From: Rubrivivax sp. | Lineage (GTDB): Bacteria > Pseudomonadota > Gammaproteobacteria > Burkholderiales > Burkholderiaceae_C | Assembly (NCBI GenBank): GCA_020720385.1 | Contig: DYOR01000002.1 | Span: 977 to 64,976 of the forward strand | Length of the DNA: 64,000 nucleotides | Reading direction: 5' to 3' | Shown here: piece by piece, positions 48,778 to 62,192 of the stretch | Position numbering within the stretch: position 1 is the first letter of the stretch | How the letters are laid out: the number at the start of each line of letters is the position of its first letter | The notes under the pieces: model-generated | Seen by the model: only the letters and a program-made list of their open reading frames with translations | Databases searched by the model: none | Told to the model about the DNA's origin: nothing | Made by a program: the position numbers and the translations under genes

Positions 48778-49560
48778 TCACAGCGAGGGCACGGCGACCC
48801 AGCGCCAGCCGCCGGCTGTGGCCACGCGCTCGATGCCGAAGGCCCCGCCGAAGACCTGCACGAGGATGTCGCGCAGGTCGGCGTCGTCGGGGGGGCCATC
48901 GGCACGCAATCGGCCCTGGTGCATGACGAGCACGCGCTCGGCGGCCAGGGCCAGCGTCAGGTCGTGCATCACCGAAACCACCGCCGTGCCCTGGCGCGCG
49001 CGCGCCTGCAGTCCGCGGCACAGCGCGCGCTGGTGCGGCGCGTCCAGGTGCGCCATGGGTTCGTCGAGCAGCAGCACCGGCGCCTGCACCGCCAGCGCGC
49101 GCGCCAGCAGCACGCGCTGGCGCTCGCCGCCGGAGAGTTCGTTCAGCCGGCGCGCGGCAAAGGGCGTGCATTCGGTCTCGGCCATGGCGCGCTCGACCGC
49201 GGCCTCGTCCTCCGCGTCCGGCGTGCCGAGCAGGCCATGACGCGGCAGCCGCCCCAGGCGCACCACGTCGCGCGCCGCGATCTCGCCTTCGGCCTGCCCC
49301 TGTTGGGAAAGCCAGGCCACGCGCTGCGCGCGCTGCGCCGCCGGCCACGCCTGCAGCGGGCGGCCGAACAACCGCGCCTCGCCGGCATCGGGCCGGCGCA
49401 GCCCGGCGAGCAGCATGAGCAGCGTGCTCTTGCCCGCGCCGTTGGGTCCCACCAAGGCCACCCATTGACCGACCGCCAGGCCGAGCGACACGCCGTTCAC
49501 CGCGAGCTGTCCGCCCCGCCTCAGCACCAGGCCCGCCGCGCTCAGGGGCAGGCCGTTCAC
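48778..49560 (-). CDS. ABC transporter ATP-binding protein (iron-siderophore/cobalamin type)
   Basis: The GTG at 49560 overlaps the permease stop (GTGA), giving 260 aa. It has Walker A GPNGAGKSTLL, signature LSGGERQRV and Walker B LLLDEPMAHLD. The 1216-aa track ORF is a shadow extension. Confidence 0.85.
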   Translation of the reverse strand: MNGLPLSAAGLVLRRGGQLAVNGVSLGLAVGQWVALVGPNGAGKSTLLMLLAGLRRPDAGEARLFGRPLQAWPAAQRAQRVAWLSQQGQAEGEIAARDVVRLGRLPRHGLLGTPDAEDEAAVERAMAETECTPFAARRLNELSGGERQRVLLARALAVQAPVLLLDEPMAHLDAPHQRALCRGLQARARQGTAVVSVMHDLTLALAAERVLVMHQGRLRADGPPDDADLRDILVQVFGGAFGIERVATAGGWRWVAVPSL

Positions 49561-50555
49561 CGCTCCCCCCGCCGATGCAGCAGCACCATGAGGTAGATGC
49601 CGCCGAGCAGCGCCGTGAGCAGCCCCACGGGCAACTCCTGCGGTGCGACCATGGCGCGCGCCGCCACGTCCGCGCCGAGCAGCAGCACCGCACCGGCCAG
49701 CGCCGACAAGGCCAGCAGCGGCCCGTGGGTCACCACCACGAGGCGGCGCACGAGGTGCGGCGCCACCAGGCCGACGAAGGCCACCAGCCCCGCCTGCGCC
49801 ACGGCCGTGCCAGTGGCCAGGGCCATGAGCACGACCAGCAACAGGCGCACGCGGGGCAGGTCGATGCCCAGGCTGAGTGCGCTGGCCTCGCCCAGCACGA
49901 GGGCGTCCAGGGCGCGGGCAAAGCGCAGCGCCAGCGGCAAGGCCGCAAGCAGCACGAGGGCCAGCACGGTGACGCTGCTCCAACCCAGGAAGCCGGTGCT
50001 GCCGAGCATGAACACCTGCCTGCCGCGCAGCGCTTCGGGCGAGATCAGCGTCACCAGTTCGGTGGCCGCCGACAAGACGATGCTCACCACCACGCCGGCG
50101 AGCAGCAACACCATGGGCCGCGCCGTGCCGCGCGCCAGCACGATGGTCAGCGCCACGCCCGCCAGCGCGCCGGCGAAGGCCGCGCCGGCCAGGCCCAGGC
50201 GCAACAGGAACGCCGCGCCGTTCAGTCCGACGGCAGCGCCGAACATCCCCCCGGCGGCGAGCACCAGCACCACGCCCAGGCTGGCGCCGGCCGCCGTGCC
50301 GAGCAAGTAGGGGTCGGCCAGCGGGTTGCGAAACAGGCCTTGTGCCAGCGCCCCGGCCAGACCGAGCAAGGCGCCGCAGAGCAGCGCGCCCAGGGTGCGC
50401 GGGGCGCGGATGTGCGCCACCAGATCCCACTCCTGCCCCCAGGCCAGCGACCAGCCCTCGCTGCCCGCGGCCAGGCCCAGCGCCACGAGCAGCGCGGCGG
50501 CGCCGGCCAGGAGCAGCGCTGCCAAGGCCGCTGAGCTGGAGCGCGCCGCGTTCAT
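49557..50555 (-). CDS. FecCD-family ABC transporter permease (BtuC-like)
   Basis: The ATG at 50555 overlaps the SBP stop (ATGA), giving 332 aa. RAPRTLGALLCGALLGLAGALAQGLFRNPLADPYLLG and the C-terminal PVGLLTALLGGIYLMVLL are FecCD motifs. Confidence 0.85.
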   Translation of the reverse strand: MNAARSSSAALAALLLAGAAALLVALGLAAGSEGWSLAWGQEWDLVAHIRAPRTLGALLCGALLGLAGALAQGLFRNPLADPYLLGTAAGASLGVVLVLAAGGMFGAAVGLNGAAFLLRLGLAGAAFAGALAGVALTIVLARGTARPMVLLLAGVVVSIVLSAATELVTLISPEALRGRQVFMLGSTGFLGWSSVTVLALVLLAALPLALRFARALDALVLGEASALSLGIDLPRVRLLLVVLMALATGTAVAQAGLVAFVGLVAPHLVRRLVVVTHGPLLALSALAGAVLLLGADVAARAMVAPQELPVGLLTALLGGIYLMVLLHRRGER

Positions 50556-51448
50556 CGCCCGGCCTTGCCCAGCGCCGCGAGGCAGTCGGCGATGTGCTCG
50601 GCACCCTCGGCCAGGCGCGGGCCGGCACGCACCAGCGTGTCCCAGGCGGCGGCATCGAAGCCGCACTGGCGCTGCTCGCGCAGGGCGCGCAGCGCCGCCC
50701 AGCCCGGGCGCTGCGCCATCTCGGCCAGCGCACGCGCCGTGGCCATGACGATCTGCGGCTGGGCGCGCACCACGTACTCGGGGTTGAGCTGGGGGAACGG
50801 GCCCATCGCCGCAGGCACCACGTTGGCCATGCCCAGCCGCGCCAGGATTTCGCCGATGAAGGACGCGCTGCCCGCGGCATAGGGCCCCGAGGACGCCTCG
50901 AAATACACCGTCTGGCCGCGCAGGGCCGCGGGCACGCGTGCGGCCGCGGCGCGCATGCGTTCGTCGATGCGCTGCCACAGCGCCACGCCCGAGTGCGCCT
51001 CGCCCAGGGCGAGCGCCACCTGCTGGATGACGCGCCGGGTGTCGTGCAGGTTCTTCGGTTCGAGCACCAGCACGCGCAGGCCCAGCGCCTCGAGGCGGTC
51101 GACCGCGCGCGACGCGCCGGCGAGCAGGACCAGGTCGGGCTCGAGCGCCACCAGGCGCTCGATCTGCGTGTCCTCCAGCCCACCGAGCTTGGGCAGCACG
51201 GCCACGCTCGCAGGCCAGTTGGAGAAGCGGTCCGTGCCGACGAGGCGCGCGCAGGCCTGCAGCGCGCACACCGTTTCGGTGAGCGAGGGCAGCAGCGAGA
51301 CGACGCGCTGCGGCGCGGCCGGCAGTTCGATGCGCCGGCCGCGGTCGTCGACCACCGTGATGGTCGCCTGGGCCGCGGCGCACAGCAGCGCGCCGGCCAG
51401 GCACAGCCAGCGCCGTGCCGCGCGCCGATGGCGCTCAGCGCAGGGCAT
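50552..51448 (-). CDS. ABC transporter periplasmic binding protein (BtuF/heme class)
   Basis: 298-aa ORF with a signal peptide (WLCLAGALLCAAAQA). RVVSLLPSLTETVCAL...LEPDLVLL is typical of cluster-A/class-8 binding proteins. It overlaps the btuB stop by 14 nt. Confidence 0.8.
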   Translation of the reverse strand: MPCAERHRRAARRWLCLAGALLCAAAQATITVVDDRGRRIELPAAPQRVVSLLPSLTETVCALQACARLVGTDRFSNWPASVAVLPKLGGLEDTQIERLVALEPDLVLLAGASRAVDRLEALGLRVLVLEPKNLHDTRRVIQQVALALGEAHSGVALWQRIDERMRAAAARVPAALRGQTVYFEASSGPYAAGSASFIGEILARLGMANVVPAAMGPFPQLNPEYVVRAQPQIVMATARALAEMAQRPGWAALRALREQRQCGFDAAAWDTLVRAGPRLAEGAEHIADCLAALGKAGR

Positions 51449-53321
51449 GGCGCAGGGTGACGAAGACCTCGCGCCCGGGCTGCGGGTAGCCCAGCGCGGT
51501 CTCGTAGCTCTTGCCCGCCGCGTTGTTGAGCTCGACGCCGAGGCTCAGCCTGCGCTCGAGGGCCCAGCGAACGCGCAGGTCGAGCGTGGCATAGCCACCC
51601 AGCCGCGTGGCGTTGGCCGCATCGTCGAAGCGATGCGAGGCCGCCGCCAGCGTGGCGCCCGCAGACCAGGCAGCGGCCTGCCAGTCCGCGCCCAGGCGCA
51701 GCATGTCGGGCGCGCGGCGCGGCAGCAGCTTGTCCTCGTTGGCGTGGCCGGCAGTGGCATTGCGCGGGTCGGTGTGGTCGTAGGAGGCGCTGAGGTCGAC
51801 GGCGCGCCAGCGGCCTTCGTAGGCCAGCGTCACGCCATCGATGCGCGCCTTGGGCAGGTTGGCAGGCAGCGGGCCGCTGGTGATGAAGCCGCGGTAGCGG
51901 TGCTCGTAGTAGGCCGCGCGCAGGCGGTGCTCGCCCACGGTCCAGCGCAGGCTCAACTCGCCGTGCCGGCCCTTCTCGGGCAGCAGCAGCGGGTTGCCGA
52001 AACCCGGGTAGTAGAGCTGGTTGAAGCTCGGCGCATTGAAGCCCGTGCCCCAGCTCGCGCCCGCGCGCCAGGCCGGCGTGATGGCGTAGCCGTAGGCCAG
52101 CGCTCCGGTGGTGGTGCCGCCGAACTGCGAGTTGCGGTCGTGGCGCAGGCTCGCCTGCCAGGCATGCGCGGCAGCGTGCCCGTCCAGCCCCAGAGCCAGG
52201 CCGTCGATGTGGCGCTCGCTGACCTCGAACGGCGCGCCGGGTCGGCTCACCGTTTCCTTGTGCCGTTCGGCCAGGAGCAGCGCCGTGCCCAGGGGCGTGT
52301 CGACGCTGTTTTCCCAGCCGTACTGGTGCAGGCGCGTCTGGATCACCCCGAGTGCGGCCCAGGGGCTGGCGCTGGCCAGCGTGTCGTAGGCGTCGACCGA
52401 CTCGGCCGCGCTCAGCCGCATGCGCCACCCCGGCGCCACGTGGCCGCGTGCCGACAGCGAGGCGAGGCGGTTTTCCATCTGCGCACGGGCATCCGCGCCA
52501 GGACCGTCGTCCAGGCGCGTCAGGCCGCGCGACTGCAGCGTCAGCAATTCCAGCCGCCAGTCCGCTCGGCGCGTGTCGCCGAAGGGCTGCCAGCCCAGGC
52601 GCAGGCTGCCGCCGGTCTGGCGAAAGCCGTCGCGGTCGGGGTCGTGGCTGCCGAAGGGCACCTGCGCATTGGTGGCCGAAACGCCGCGCGTGTCAGTGTG
52701 CTGCACCTGCGCCGCAGCGTCCCAGACAGCCTCGCCGAAACCCACGCCGCCGGCCGCCTGGCTGAAACCGTGCGAACCCGCGGCGATCTTGGCGTTGGCC
52801 GAAAGGCCACGCCCGCCCTGGCGCGTGAAGACCTGGATCACGCCACCCATGGCACCGCTGCCGTAGAGCGACGACACCGGCCCGCGCACGATCTCGATGC
52901 GCTCCACCGCCTCCAGCGGCAGGTTGTCCAGCGAAGGCGTACCCACGGTCGCCGAAGCGACGCGCACGCCATCGACGAGGAGCAGCGTGTGGCGCGCCTC
53001 CAGGCCGCGGATGAAGAGCGAGGCGGTCTTGCCCAGGCCGCCGTTGCTGCTGAACTGCAGCCCGGCCTGTTGCGCGAGCAGTGCCACCAGGGTGCGCCCT
53101 TCGGCGCGTTCGATGTCCGCGCGCTCGAGCACGGTGACCTCGGCCACCACCTCGCTCACCCGCGCGGGCATGCGCGTGGCGGTGACGGTGATGGTCTCGG
53201 TGGTGGATTGCGCCCGGGCCGTGGCCATGCACAGCAGGAACGGCGAGGACAGGAGTGCCGGCAGCAAAGCGCGGCGTGACAGGGTGAAGAAGTGGCAAGA
53301 GCGAAACAAGGAAACCTCCAT
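51435..53321 (-). CDS. btuB: TonB-dependent vitamin B12 receptor
   Basis: The ATG at 53321 gives 628 aa; a possible alternative TTG lies at 53309, after GGAGG. It has a signal peptide, a TonB-box-like ETITVTATR, plug motifs (FIRGLEARHTLLLVDGVRV, RIEIVRGPVSSLYGSGAMGGVIQVFT) and a beta-barrel. It lies directly downstream of a cobalamin riboswitch. Confidence 0.85.
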   Translation of the reverse strand: MEVSLFRSCHFFTLSRRALLPALLSSPFLLCMATARAQSTTETITVTATRMPARVSEVVAEVTVLERADIERAEGRTLVALLAQQAGLQFSSNGGLGKTASLFIRGLEARHTLLLVDGVRVASATVGTPSLDNLPLEAVERIEIVRGPVSSLYGSGAMGGVIQVFTRQGGRGLSANAKIAAGSHGFSQAAGGVGFGEAVWDAAAQVQHTDTRGVSATNAQVPFGSHDPDRDGFRQTGGSLRLGWQPFGDTRRADWRLELLTLQSRGLTRLDDGPGADARAQMENRLASLSARGHVAPGWRMRLSAAESVDAYDTLASASPWAALGVIQTRLHQYGWENSVDTPLGTALLLAERHKETVSRPGAPFEVSERHIDGLALGLDGHAAAHAWQASLRHDRNSQFGGTTTGALAYGYAITPAWRAGASWGTGFNAPSFNQLYYPGFGNPLLLPEKGRHGELSLRWTVGEHRLRAAYYEHRYRGFITSGPLPANLPKARIDGVTLAYEGRWRAVDLSASYDHTDPRNATAGHANEDKLLPRRAPDMLRLGADWQAAAWSAGATLAAASHRFDDAANATRLGGYATLDLRVRWALERRLSLGVELNNAAGKSYETALGYPQPGREVFVTLRHALR

Positions 53322-53435
53322 CCGCACGCCCCGTGCGGACAAGCACCAGCGACGCCGGCGCGGCGGGAGGGTCGGGAAGGCGGCCGGTGGGCAGCGGCAC
53401 GCACGTGCACGGCCCTCGGCCCCCCACGCTGCCCT

Positions 53436-56343
<2,908 letters not shown>

Positions 56344-56345
56344 TA

Positions 56346-56429
56346 TGACCCACCCCCGAAGCGCCTGCGGCGCTCCCCCTCGAGGGGGCGCCACCAGCGG
56401 CCCGGCAAAGCCGGTTCCGCGGCGGCCGC
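56346..56429 (+). repeat. Intergenic palindromic repeat, family B, copy 2
   Basis: Sequence: TGACCCACCCCCGAAGCGCCTGCGGCGCTCCCCCTCGAGGGGGCGCCACCAGCGGCCCGGCAAAGCCGGTTCCGCGGCGGCCGC. It starts 3 nt after the kdsA stop and lies between kdsA and eno. Confidence 0.85.
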
Positions 56430-56440
56430 TTGGGAACTGA

Positions 56441-57745
<1,305 letters not shown>

Positions 57746-57755
57746 GACGCCCGGC

Positions 57756-58043
57756 ATGCGCTGGTCCACGCTCGTCATCGCCGCGCTGCTCGTCGTGGTG
57801 CAGGGCGACCTGTGGCTGGGCAAGGGCAACCTGCCGCACGTGATGAGCCTGCGCAAGCAGCTCGCCGAGCAGCGCGCCACCAACGCCATCGCGCAGCAGC
57901 GCAACGAGCATGTGGCCGCCGAAGTGGCCGACCTGCGCGAGGGCCTGGAGATGGTCGAGGAGAAGGCCCGTGCCGAGCTGGGCATGGTCAAGCCCGACGA
58001 GATCCTCGTGCAGGTGTCCGCGCGCGCGGGCGCGGCCAGGTAG
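57756..58043 (+). CDS. ftsB: Cell division protein FtsB
   Basis: 95-aa ORF directly after eno. It has one N-terminal TM helix, then a coiled coil (LWLGKGNLPHVMSLRKQLAEQ...) and ARAELGMVKPDEILVQV, typical of FtsB. Confidence 0.85.
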   Translation: MRWSTLVIAALLVVVQGDLWLGKGNLPHVMSLRKQLAEQRATNAIAQQRNEHVAAEVADLREGLEMVEEKARAELGMVKPDEILVQVSARAGAAR

Positions 58044-58054
58044 GCGCGGCGGCG

Positions 58055-58699
58055 GTGCCCGGCGCGACCGCACTCGCGGCGCTGCTGCAGGCCGCACGGC
58101 CCCTGCTCGTGCCGGCCTTCACGCTGTGGGGCAGTCCGGTGACGTGGCTGGAGATCGTCGCCTTCGTCCTCTCGGTAGGGATGGTCCTGGCCAACCTGCG
58201 CGTCAACCCGATCGGCTGGCCGCTGGCCATCGCCAGCTCGCTGCTCTACGCCTTGCTCTTCGCCGACAGCCGGCTCTACGGCGAGGCCTCGCTGCAGTTC
58301 GTCTTCGTCGCCCTGGCGGGGTGGGGCTGGTGGCAGTGGCTGCGCGGCCGCGGCGCGCTCGGGCAGGCGCTGCGCGTGCACTGGCTGGGCGCTCGCCAGC
58401 GGCTCTTCGCCCTCGTTCTCACCCTCGCCGCCTGGCCGCTGCTCGGTGCCGTATTGCACCGCGTCACCGACAGCGACGTGCCCTACCTCGATGCCCTGCC
58501 CACCGTGGGCAGCATTGCCGGGCAGGTCCTGCTCGGACGCAAGTTCGTCGAGAACTGGGCCGTGTGGGTGGCGGTGAACCTGGTCAGCATCGGCCTGTTC
58601 GCCACCAAGGGCCTGTGGCTCACGGTGCTGCTTTACGCCTTGTTCGCGGCCATGGCCGTGGCGGGCTGGCGCGCCTGGCGGGCGCTGGCCGATGAATAG
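58055..58699 (+). CDS. pnuC: Nicotinamide riboside transporter PnuC
   Basis: The GTG at 58055 is the first start after the ftsB stop in this frame, giving 214 aa. LEIVAFVLSVGMVLANLRVNPIGWPLAIASSLLYALLF, WGWWQW and NWAVWVAVNLV are PnuC-type motifs. Confidence 0.8.
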   Translation: MPGATALAALLQAARPLLVPAFTLWGSPVTWLEIVAFVLSVGMVLANLRVNPIGWPLAIASSLLYALLFADSRLYGEASLQFVFVALAGWGWWQWLRGRGALGQALRVHWLGARQRLFALVLTLAAWPLLGAVLHRVTDSDVPYLDALPTVGSIAGQVLLGRKFVENWAVWVAVNLVSIGLFATKGLWLTVLLYALFAAMAVAGWRAWRALADE

Positions 58700-59303
58700 A
58701 CCCGGCCGCGCTGCGCTGCGCCTGGCCATCGTCGGCGCCGAGAGCACCGGCAAGACGGCCCTGGCGCGCGCGCTGGCCGAACGCCTCGCGCCACTCACCG
58801 GCCTGCGCTGCGTCTGGGTCGGCGAGTGGCTGCGCGAATGGTGCGCGCGCGAACAGCGCACGCCGCGTGCCGACGAACAGCTGGCCATCGCGCGCCGGCA
58901 GCAGGCCCTCATCGACGAAGCCGCCGCGCACTGCGACGTGCTCGTCTGCGACACCACCGCGCTGATGACCGCGGTCTACAGCGCCATGCTCTTCGACGAC
59001 CTCTCGCTCGTGCCCTACGCCGTGCAGGAGCAGCGGCGCTGCGACCTGACGCTGCTCACCGCCCTGGACCTGCCCTGGGTCGCCGACGGCCTGCAGCGCG
59101 ACGGGCCGCAGGTGCGCCAGCCGGTGGACGAGCGGCTGCGCCGCCTCCTCGCCGCCCACCGCCTGCCCTGGTCGCTGGTGGCCGGGCAGGGCGAGCAGCG
59201 CTTCGACTCGGCGCTGCAGGCCGTGGCGCCGCTGCTGCAGCGCCCCGGCGCCACGGGCCTCGCATTACACTGCCCGACTTCCCCCCTCCCATTCACGCCA
59301 TGA
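58692..59303 (+). CDS. NadR-type ribosylnicotinamide kinase-like AAA ATPase
   Basis: 203-aa ORF overlapping pnuC by 8 nt. It has a P-loop (IVGAESTGKTALARALAE) and LVCDTTALMT. The pnuC linkage is as in pnuC-nadR pairs. No NMN adenylyltransferase or HTH domain is present. Confidence 0.7.
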   Translation: MNRPGRAALRLAIVGAESTGKTALARALAERLAPLTGLRCVWVGEWLREWCAREQRTPRADEQLAIARRQQALIDEAAAHCDVLVCDTTALMTAVYSAMLFDDLSLVPYAVQEQRRCDLTLLTALDLPWVADGLQRDGPQVRQPVDERLRRLLAAHRLPWSLVAGQGEQRFDSALQAVAPLLQRPGATGLALHCPTSPLPFTP

Positions 59304-60160
59304 CGCAACTCACCACGCGCCGTTTCCTCCAGATCGCCGGCCTCACGGCTGCCGGCTTCCTGCTCTGCGCCTGCGGCAAGCAAGAGCCGCCCGCGGCGCC
59401 CGCGCCGGTGGCCTCCGCGCCGGCCCCGGCACCGGCCAAGGTGTACGTGGTGGGCACCGACGCCGCTTACGCGCCCTTCGAGAGCCAGAACGAAAAGGGC
59501 GAGATCGTCGGCTTCGACATCGAGGTGGTGCAGGCCGTGGCGGCCAAGGCCGGCATCGAGGTGAAGTTCGTCAACACCCCATGGGAGGGCATCTTCAACG
59601 CCCTGGGCCAGGGCGACCGTGACCTGGTGGTCTCGGCCGTGACCATCACCCCCGAGCGCGGCCAGACGATGGACTTCAGCGAGCCCTACTTCGACGCGCA
59701 GCAGCTCATCGCGGTGAAGGCCAGCAGCAAGATCACCAAGTTCGCCGACCTGAAGAAGCGCAAGGTGGGCGTGCAGACCGGCACCACCGGCGACGAAGCG
59801 GTGAGCAAGCTGCAGGGCAAGACCAGCGCCAACATCAAGCGCTTCGAGTCCACGCCGCTGGCGCTCAAGGAACTCGAGTCCGGTGGCGTCGACGCGGTGG
59901 TCGCCGACAACGGCGTGGTCATCCACTACGTGGCCAACAACCCGGGCGGCAAGTTCAAGACCGTGGCCGACAAGGATTTCGTCCCCGAGCAGTACGGCAT
60001 CGCCTTGAAGAAGGGCAACGCCGATCTGCTGGCCAAGGTGAACAAGGGCCTGGCCGATATCAAGGCCGATGGCAGCTACGACGCCATCTTCACGAAGTAC
60101 TTCGGCGCACCGCCCGCCCAGGCTGCCGCCGCCGCAGCGGCCTCGGCTGCCTCCAAGTAA
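59300..60160 (+). CDS. Amino acid ABC transporter substrate-binding protein
   Basis: It overlaps the previous stop (ATGA), giving 286 aa. The signal is TRRFLQIAGLTAAGFLLCAC (possible lipobox). GTDAAYAPFE, GFDIEV, DLVVSAVTITPER and YGIALKKGN are family-3 SBP motifs. Confidence 0.85.
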   Translation: MTQLTTRRFLQIAGLTAAGFLLCACGKQEPPAAPAPVASAPAPAPAKVYVVGTDAAYAPFESQNEKGEIVGFDIEVVQAVAAKAGIEVKFVNTPWEGIFNALGQGDRDLVVSAVTITPERGQTMDFSEPYFDAQQLIAVKASSKITKFADLKKRKVGVQTGTTGDEAVSKLQGKTSANIKRFESTPLALKELESGGVDAVVADNGVVIHYVANNPGGKFKTVADKDFVPEQYGIALKKGNADLLAKVNKGLADIKADGSYDAIFTKYFGAPPAQAAAAAAASAASK

Positions 60161-60181
60161 GGTCGAACTGCGGGCCGGGCG

Positions 60182-60934
60182 ATGGATCTTCGCTGGGAGA
60201 TCCTCGCCGGCTATTGGCCGCTCTTCGTCAGCGGCGTGTGGATGACGATCGAGCTCACGCTGGTGGCGATCGGCGCCGGGCTCGTGCTCGGCGTCGGCTT
60301 CGGGCTCATCAGCAGCTCCAGCGATGCCCCGGCGCCAGCCAGCCTGGCGGCACGCACGCTGCTGCGGCTGGTGCGCTGGGTGACCTCGGCCTATGTCACC
60401 TTCTTCCGTGGCACGCCGCTGTTCGTGCAGATCCTGCTCGTGCATTTCGCGCTCATGCCCACCCTCATCCACCCGGACCACGGCTGGCTGCTGGCGGGTG
60501 AGGCGGCACGTGAGTTCCGCCAGGAGCATGGTGCGTTCTTCTCCGGCTGCCTGGCCCTGTCGCTCAACGCCGGCGCCTACATCAGCGAGATCTTCCGCGC
60601 CGGCATCCTGAGCATCCATCGCGGCCAGACGCAGGCCGCCTACAGCGTGGGCCTGACCCATGTCCAGGCGATGCGCTACGTGGTCCTGCCGCAGGCCTTC
60701 CGGCGCATGGTGCCGGCGCTGGTCAACGAGGGGGTCTCGCTGATCAAGGACTCCTCGCTCGTCTCGGCCATCGGCCTGGCCGAACTGGCGCTGGCCGCGC
60801 GCACCGTGGCCGGGGCCTACTCGCGCTACTGGGAACCCTACCTGGCGATCTCGGCCATCTACCTGGTGCTGACGCTGACCTTGTCGCTGCTGGCCAAGCG
60901 CCTGGAAGCGCCGGCGCACCTGCGCGGGCGCTGA
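60182..60934 (+). CDS. Amino acid ABC transporter permease (His/Glu/Gln/Arg/opine family)
   Basis: 250-aa ORF. FRGTPLFVQILLVHF and the EAA loop SEIFRAGILSIHRGQTQAAYSVGLTHVQAMRYVVLPQAFRRMVPAL are present. Confidence 0.85.
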   Translation: MDLRWEILAGYWPLFVSGVWMTIELTLVAIGAGLVLGVGFGLISSSSDAPAPASLAARTLLRLVRWVTSAYVTFFRGTPLFVQILLVHFALMPTLIHPDHGWLLAGEAAREFRQEHGAFFSGCLALSLNAGAYISEIFRAGILSIHRGQTQAAYSVGLTHVQAMRYVVLPQAFRRMVPALVNEGVSLIKDSSLVSAIGLAELALAARTVAGAYSRYWEPYLAISAIYLVLTLTLSLLAKRLEAPAHLRGR

Positions 60935-61116
60935 ACGCACCGCAGCAGTGCGGTGAGCGGCACGGCGAGGTGCGTCCGCCCGGCAGCTGTCGCATGACAA
61001 CAACATGGCGGCTGGATGTGACGGTCCAAATCCTGCTTGCATGGAATCCGCCCCCTAGACTCAGCCCCATCGCTTTCCCTTACTTAGTTTCCTTAACCCA
61101 ACCACAGGCGCTATCC

Positions 61117-62094
61117 ATGAAGAAAACCCTCGTTCCCCTTGCCCTGGCTCTAGGTTTTGCCGGTGCCGCGCAGGCCCAGCTCAGCCTCTACGGCCTCATC
61201 GATGCCAGCTACGGCAAGAGCATCTACGCCGACATGCTCGGCCAGAAGGCCGATTTCCACTCCGGTGGCGACAACGGCTCCAGCGAAGGCAACTCGGTCA
61301 CGCGATTCGGCCTGAAGGGCAGCACCGATGTCGGCAGCGGCATCAAGATGAACTTCAAGCTCGAGTCGAACGGCATCCAGAGCGATGGCAGCATCAATGC
61401 CCCGTTCTTCCAGCGCCAGGCCTGGCTCGGTGCATCCGGGTCGTTCGGTGAAGTGCGCCTCGGCCGCCAGGACTCCGTGCCCTTCCAGACGATGGTCGAT
61501 TTCGACTTCAACGGCGCGTCCAACGGCGTGTCCGCGCTCGCTTACTCCGGCGTCGGCCCCTGGCTGCGGGGCCGCCAATCGCGCTCCTTGCAGTACATCT
61601 CGCCGACGGTCGGCGGGCTTTCGGGGCAGGCCGGTTTCGTGCCCAAGGGCAACCGTGGCCCGGGCGCGAAGGACGTGATCTCGCTGGGTGCCAAGTACGC
61701 CGGCGGCCCGCTCGCCGCGGCCGTGTCGTACCAGTCCAAGGATGCATCGGGCGCCAAGGACTTCGCCTCGATCGCGGGCAGCTACGACCTGGGCATGGCC
61801 AAGTTCATGGTCGGTTACTCGGACGGCGGCAAGATCGCCAGCGGCGGCAGCGGCAAGGGCCCGAGCCTGGGCGTCAACGTCCCGGTGGCCGGCTTCAACA
61901 TCGGTGCCCACTACGCGGAGAACTCCGACAGCGACGCGAAGATCAAGGCGTATGAGTTCTGGATCAACAAGGAAGTGCTGAAGAGCACCTATGCCTACTT
62001 CGAAGCCGGCAGCTCGAAGACCAGCCTGCCGCCGGTCGAGGGCGAGAAGACCAAGTTCAACGGCTACGCCGTGGGCGTGATCTACGTGTTCTGA
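61117..62094 (+). CDS. Gram-negative porin (Omp32/OmpC-like)
   Basis: The ATG at 61117 gives 325 aa. It has a signal peptide (MKKTLVPLALALGFAGAAQA), then QLSLYGLIDASYG, FGLKGSTD, GEVRLGRQD and a C-terminal ...GYAVGVIYVF ending in Phe. Confidence 0.9.
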   Translation: MKKTLVPLALALGFAGAAQAQLSLYGLIDASYGKSIYADMLGQKADFHSGGDNGSSEGNSVTRFGLKGSTDVGSGIKMNFKLESNGIQSDGSINAPFFQRQAWLGASGSFGEVRLGRQDSVPFQTMVDFDFNGASNGVSALAYSGVGPWLRGRQSRSLQYISPTVGGLSGQAGFVPKGNRGPGAKDVISLGAKYAGGPLAAAVSYQSKDASGAKDFASIAGSYDLGMAKFMVGYSDGGKIASGGSGKGPSLGVNVPVAGFNIGAHYAENSDSDAKIKAYEFWINKEVLKSTYAYFEAGSSKTSLPPVEGEKTKFNGYAVGVIYVF

Positions 62095-62134
62095 TCGCCA
62101 GCCGGGCGCCGCGGCGCCCCTGTCGCCTGCCTGC

Positions 62135-62162
62135 AAGGCCGCCCTGACCGGGCGGCCTTTTT
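62135..62162 (+). terminator. Rho-independent terminator after the porin gene
   Basis: AAGGCCGCCC-TGACC-GGGCGGCCTT is a 10-bp perfect GC-rich stem running into TTTTT (62058-62062 numbering within the stem end: T-run 62158-62162). Confidence 0.7.
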
Positions 62163-62192
62163 CATCGCGCGACGCCGCCGCCATGGCGCGCC

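Noticed and set aside
48778-52428. 1216-aa minus-strand ORF spanning four genes
   Set aside because: Only its last 260 codons (from GTG at 49560) look like a protein, an ABC ATPase with Walker A/B. The upstream 950 codons are out-of-frame read-through of the permease, binding-protein and btuB genes.
61037-61061. TTGCAT ... TAGACT as sigma-70 promoter of the porin gene
   Set aside because: The spacer between the two hexamers is only 13 nt (I counted 61043..61055), which is incompatible with a canonical -35/-10 arrangement.
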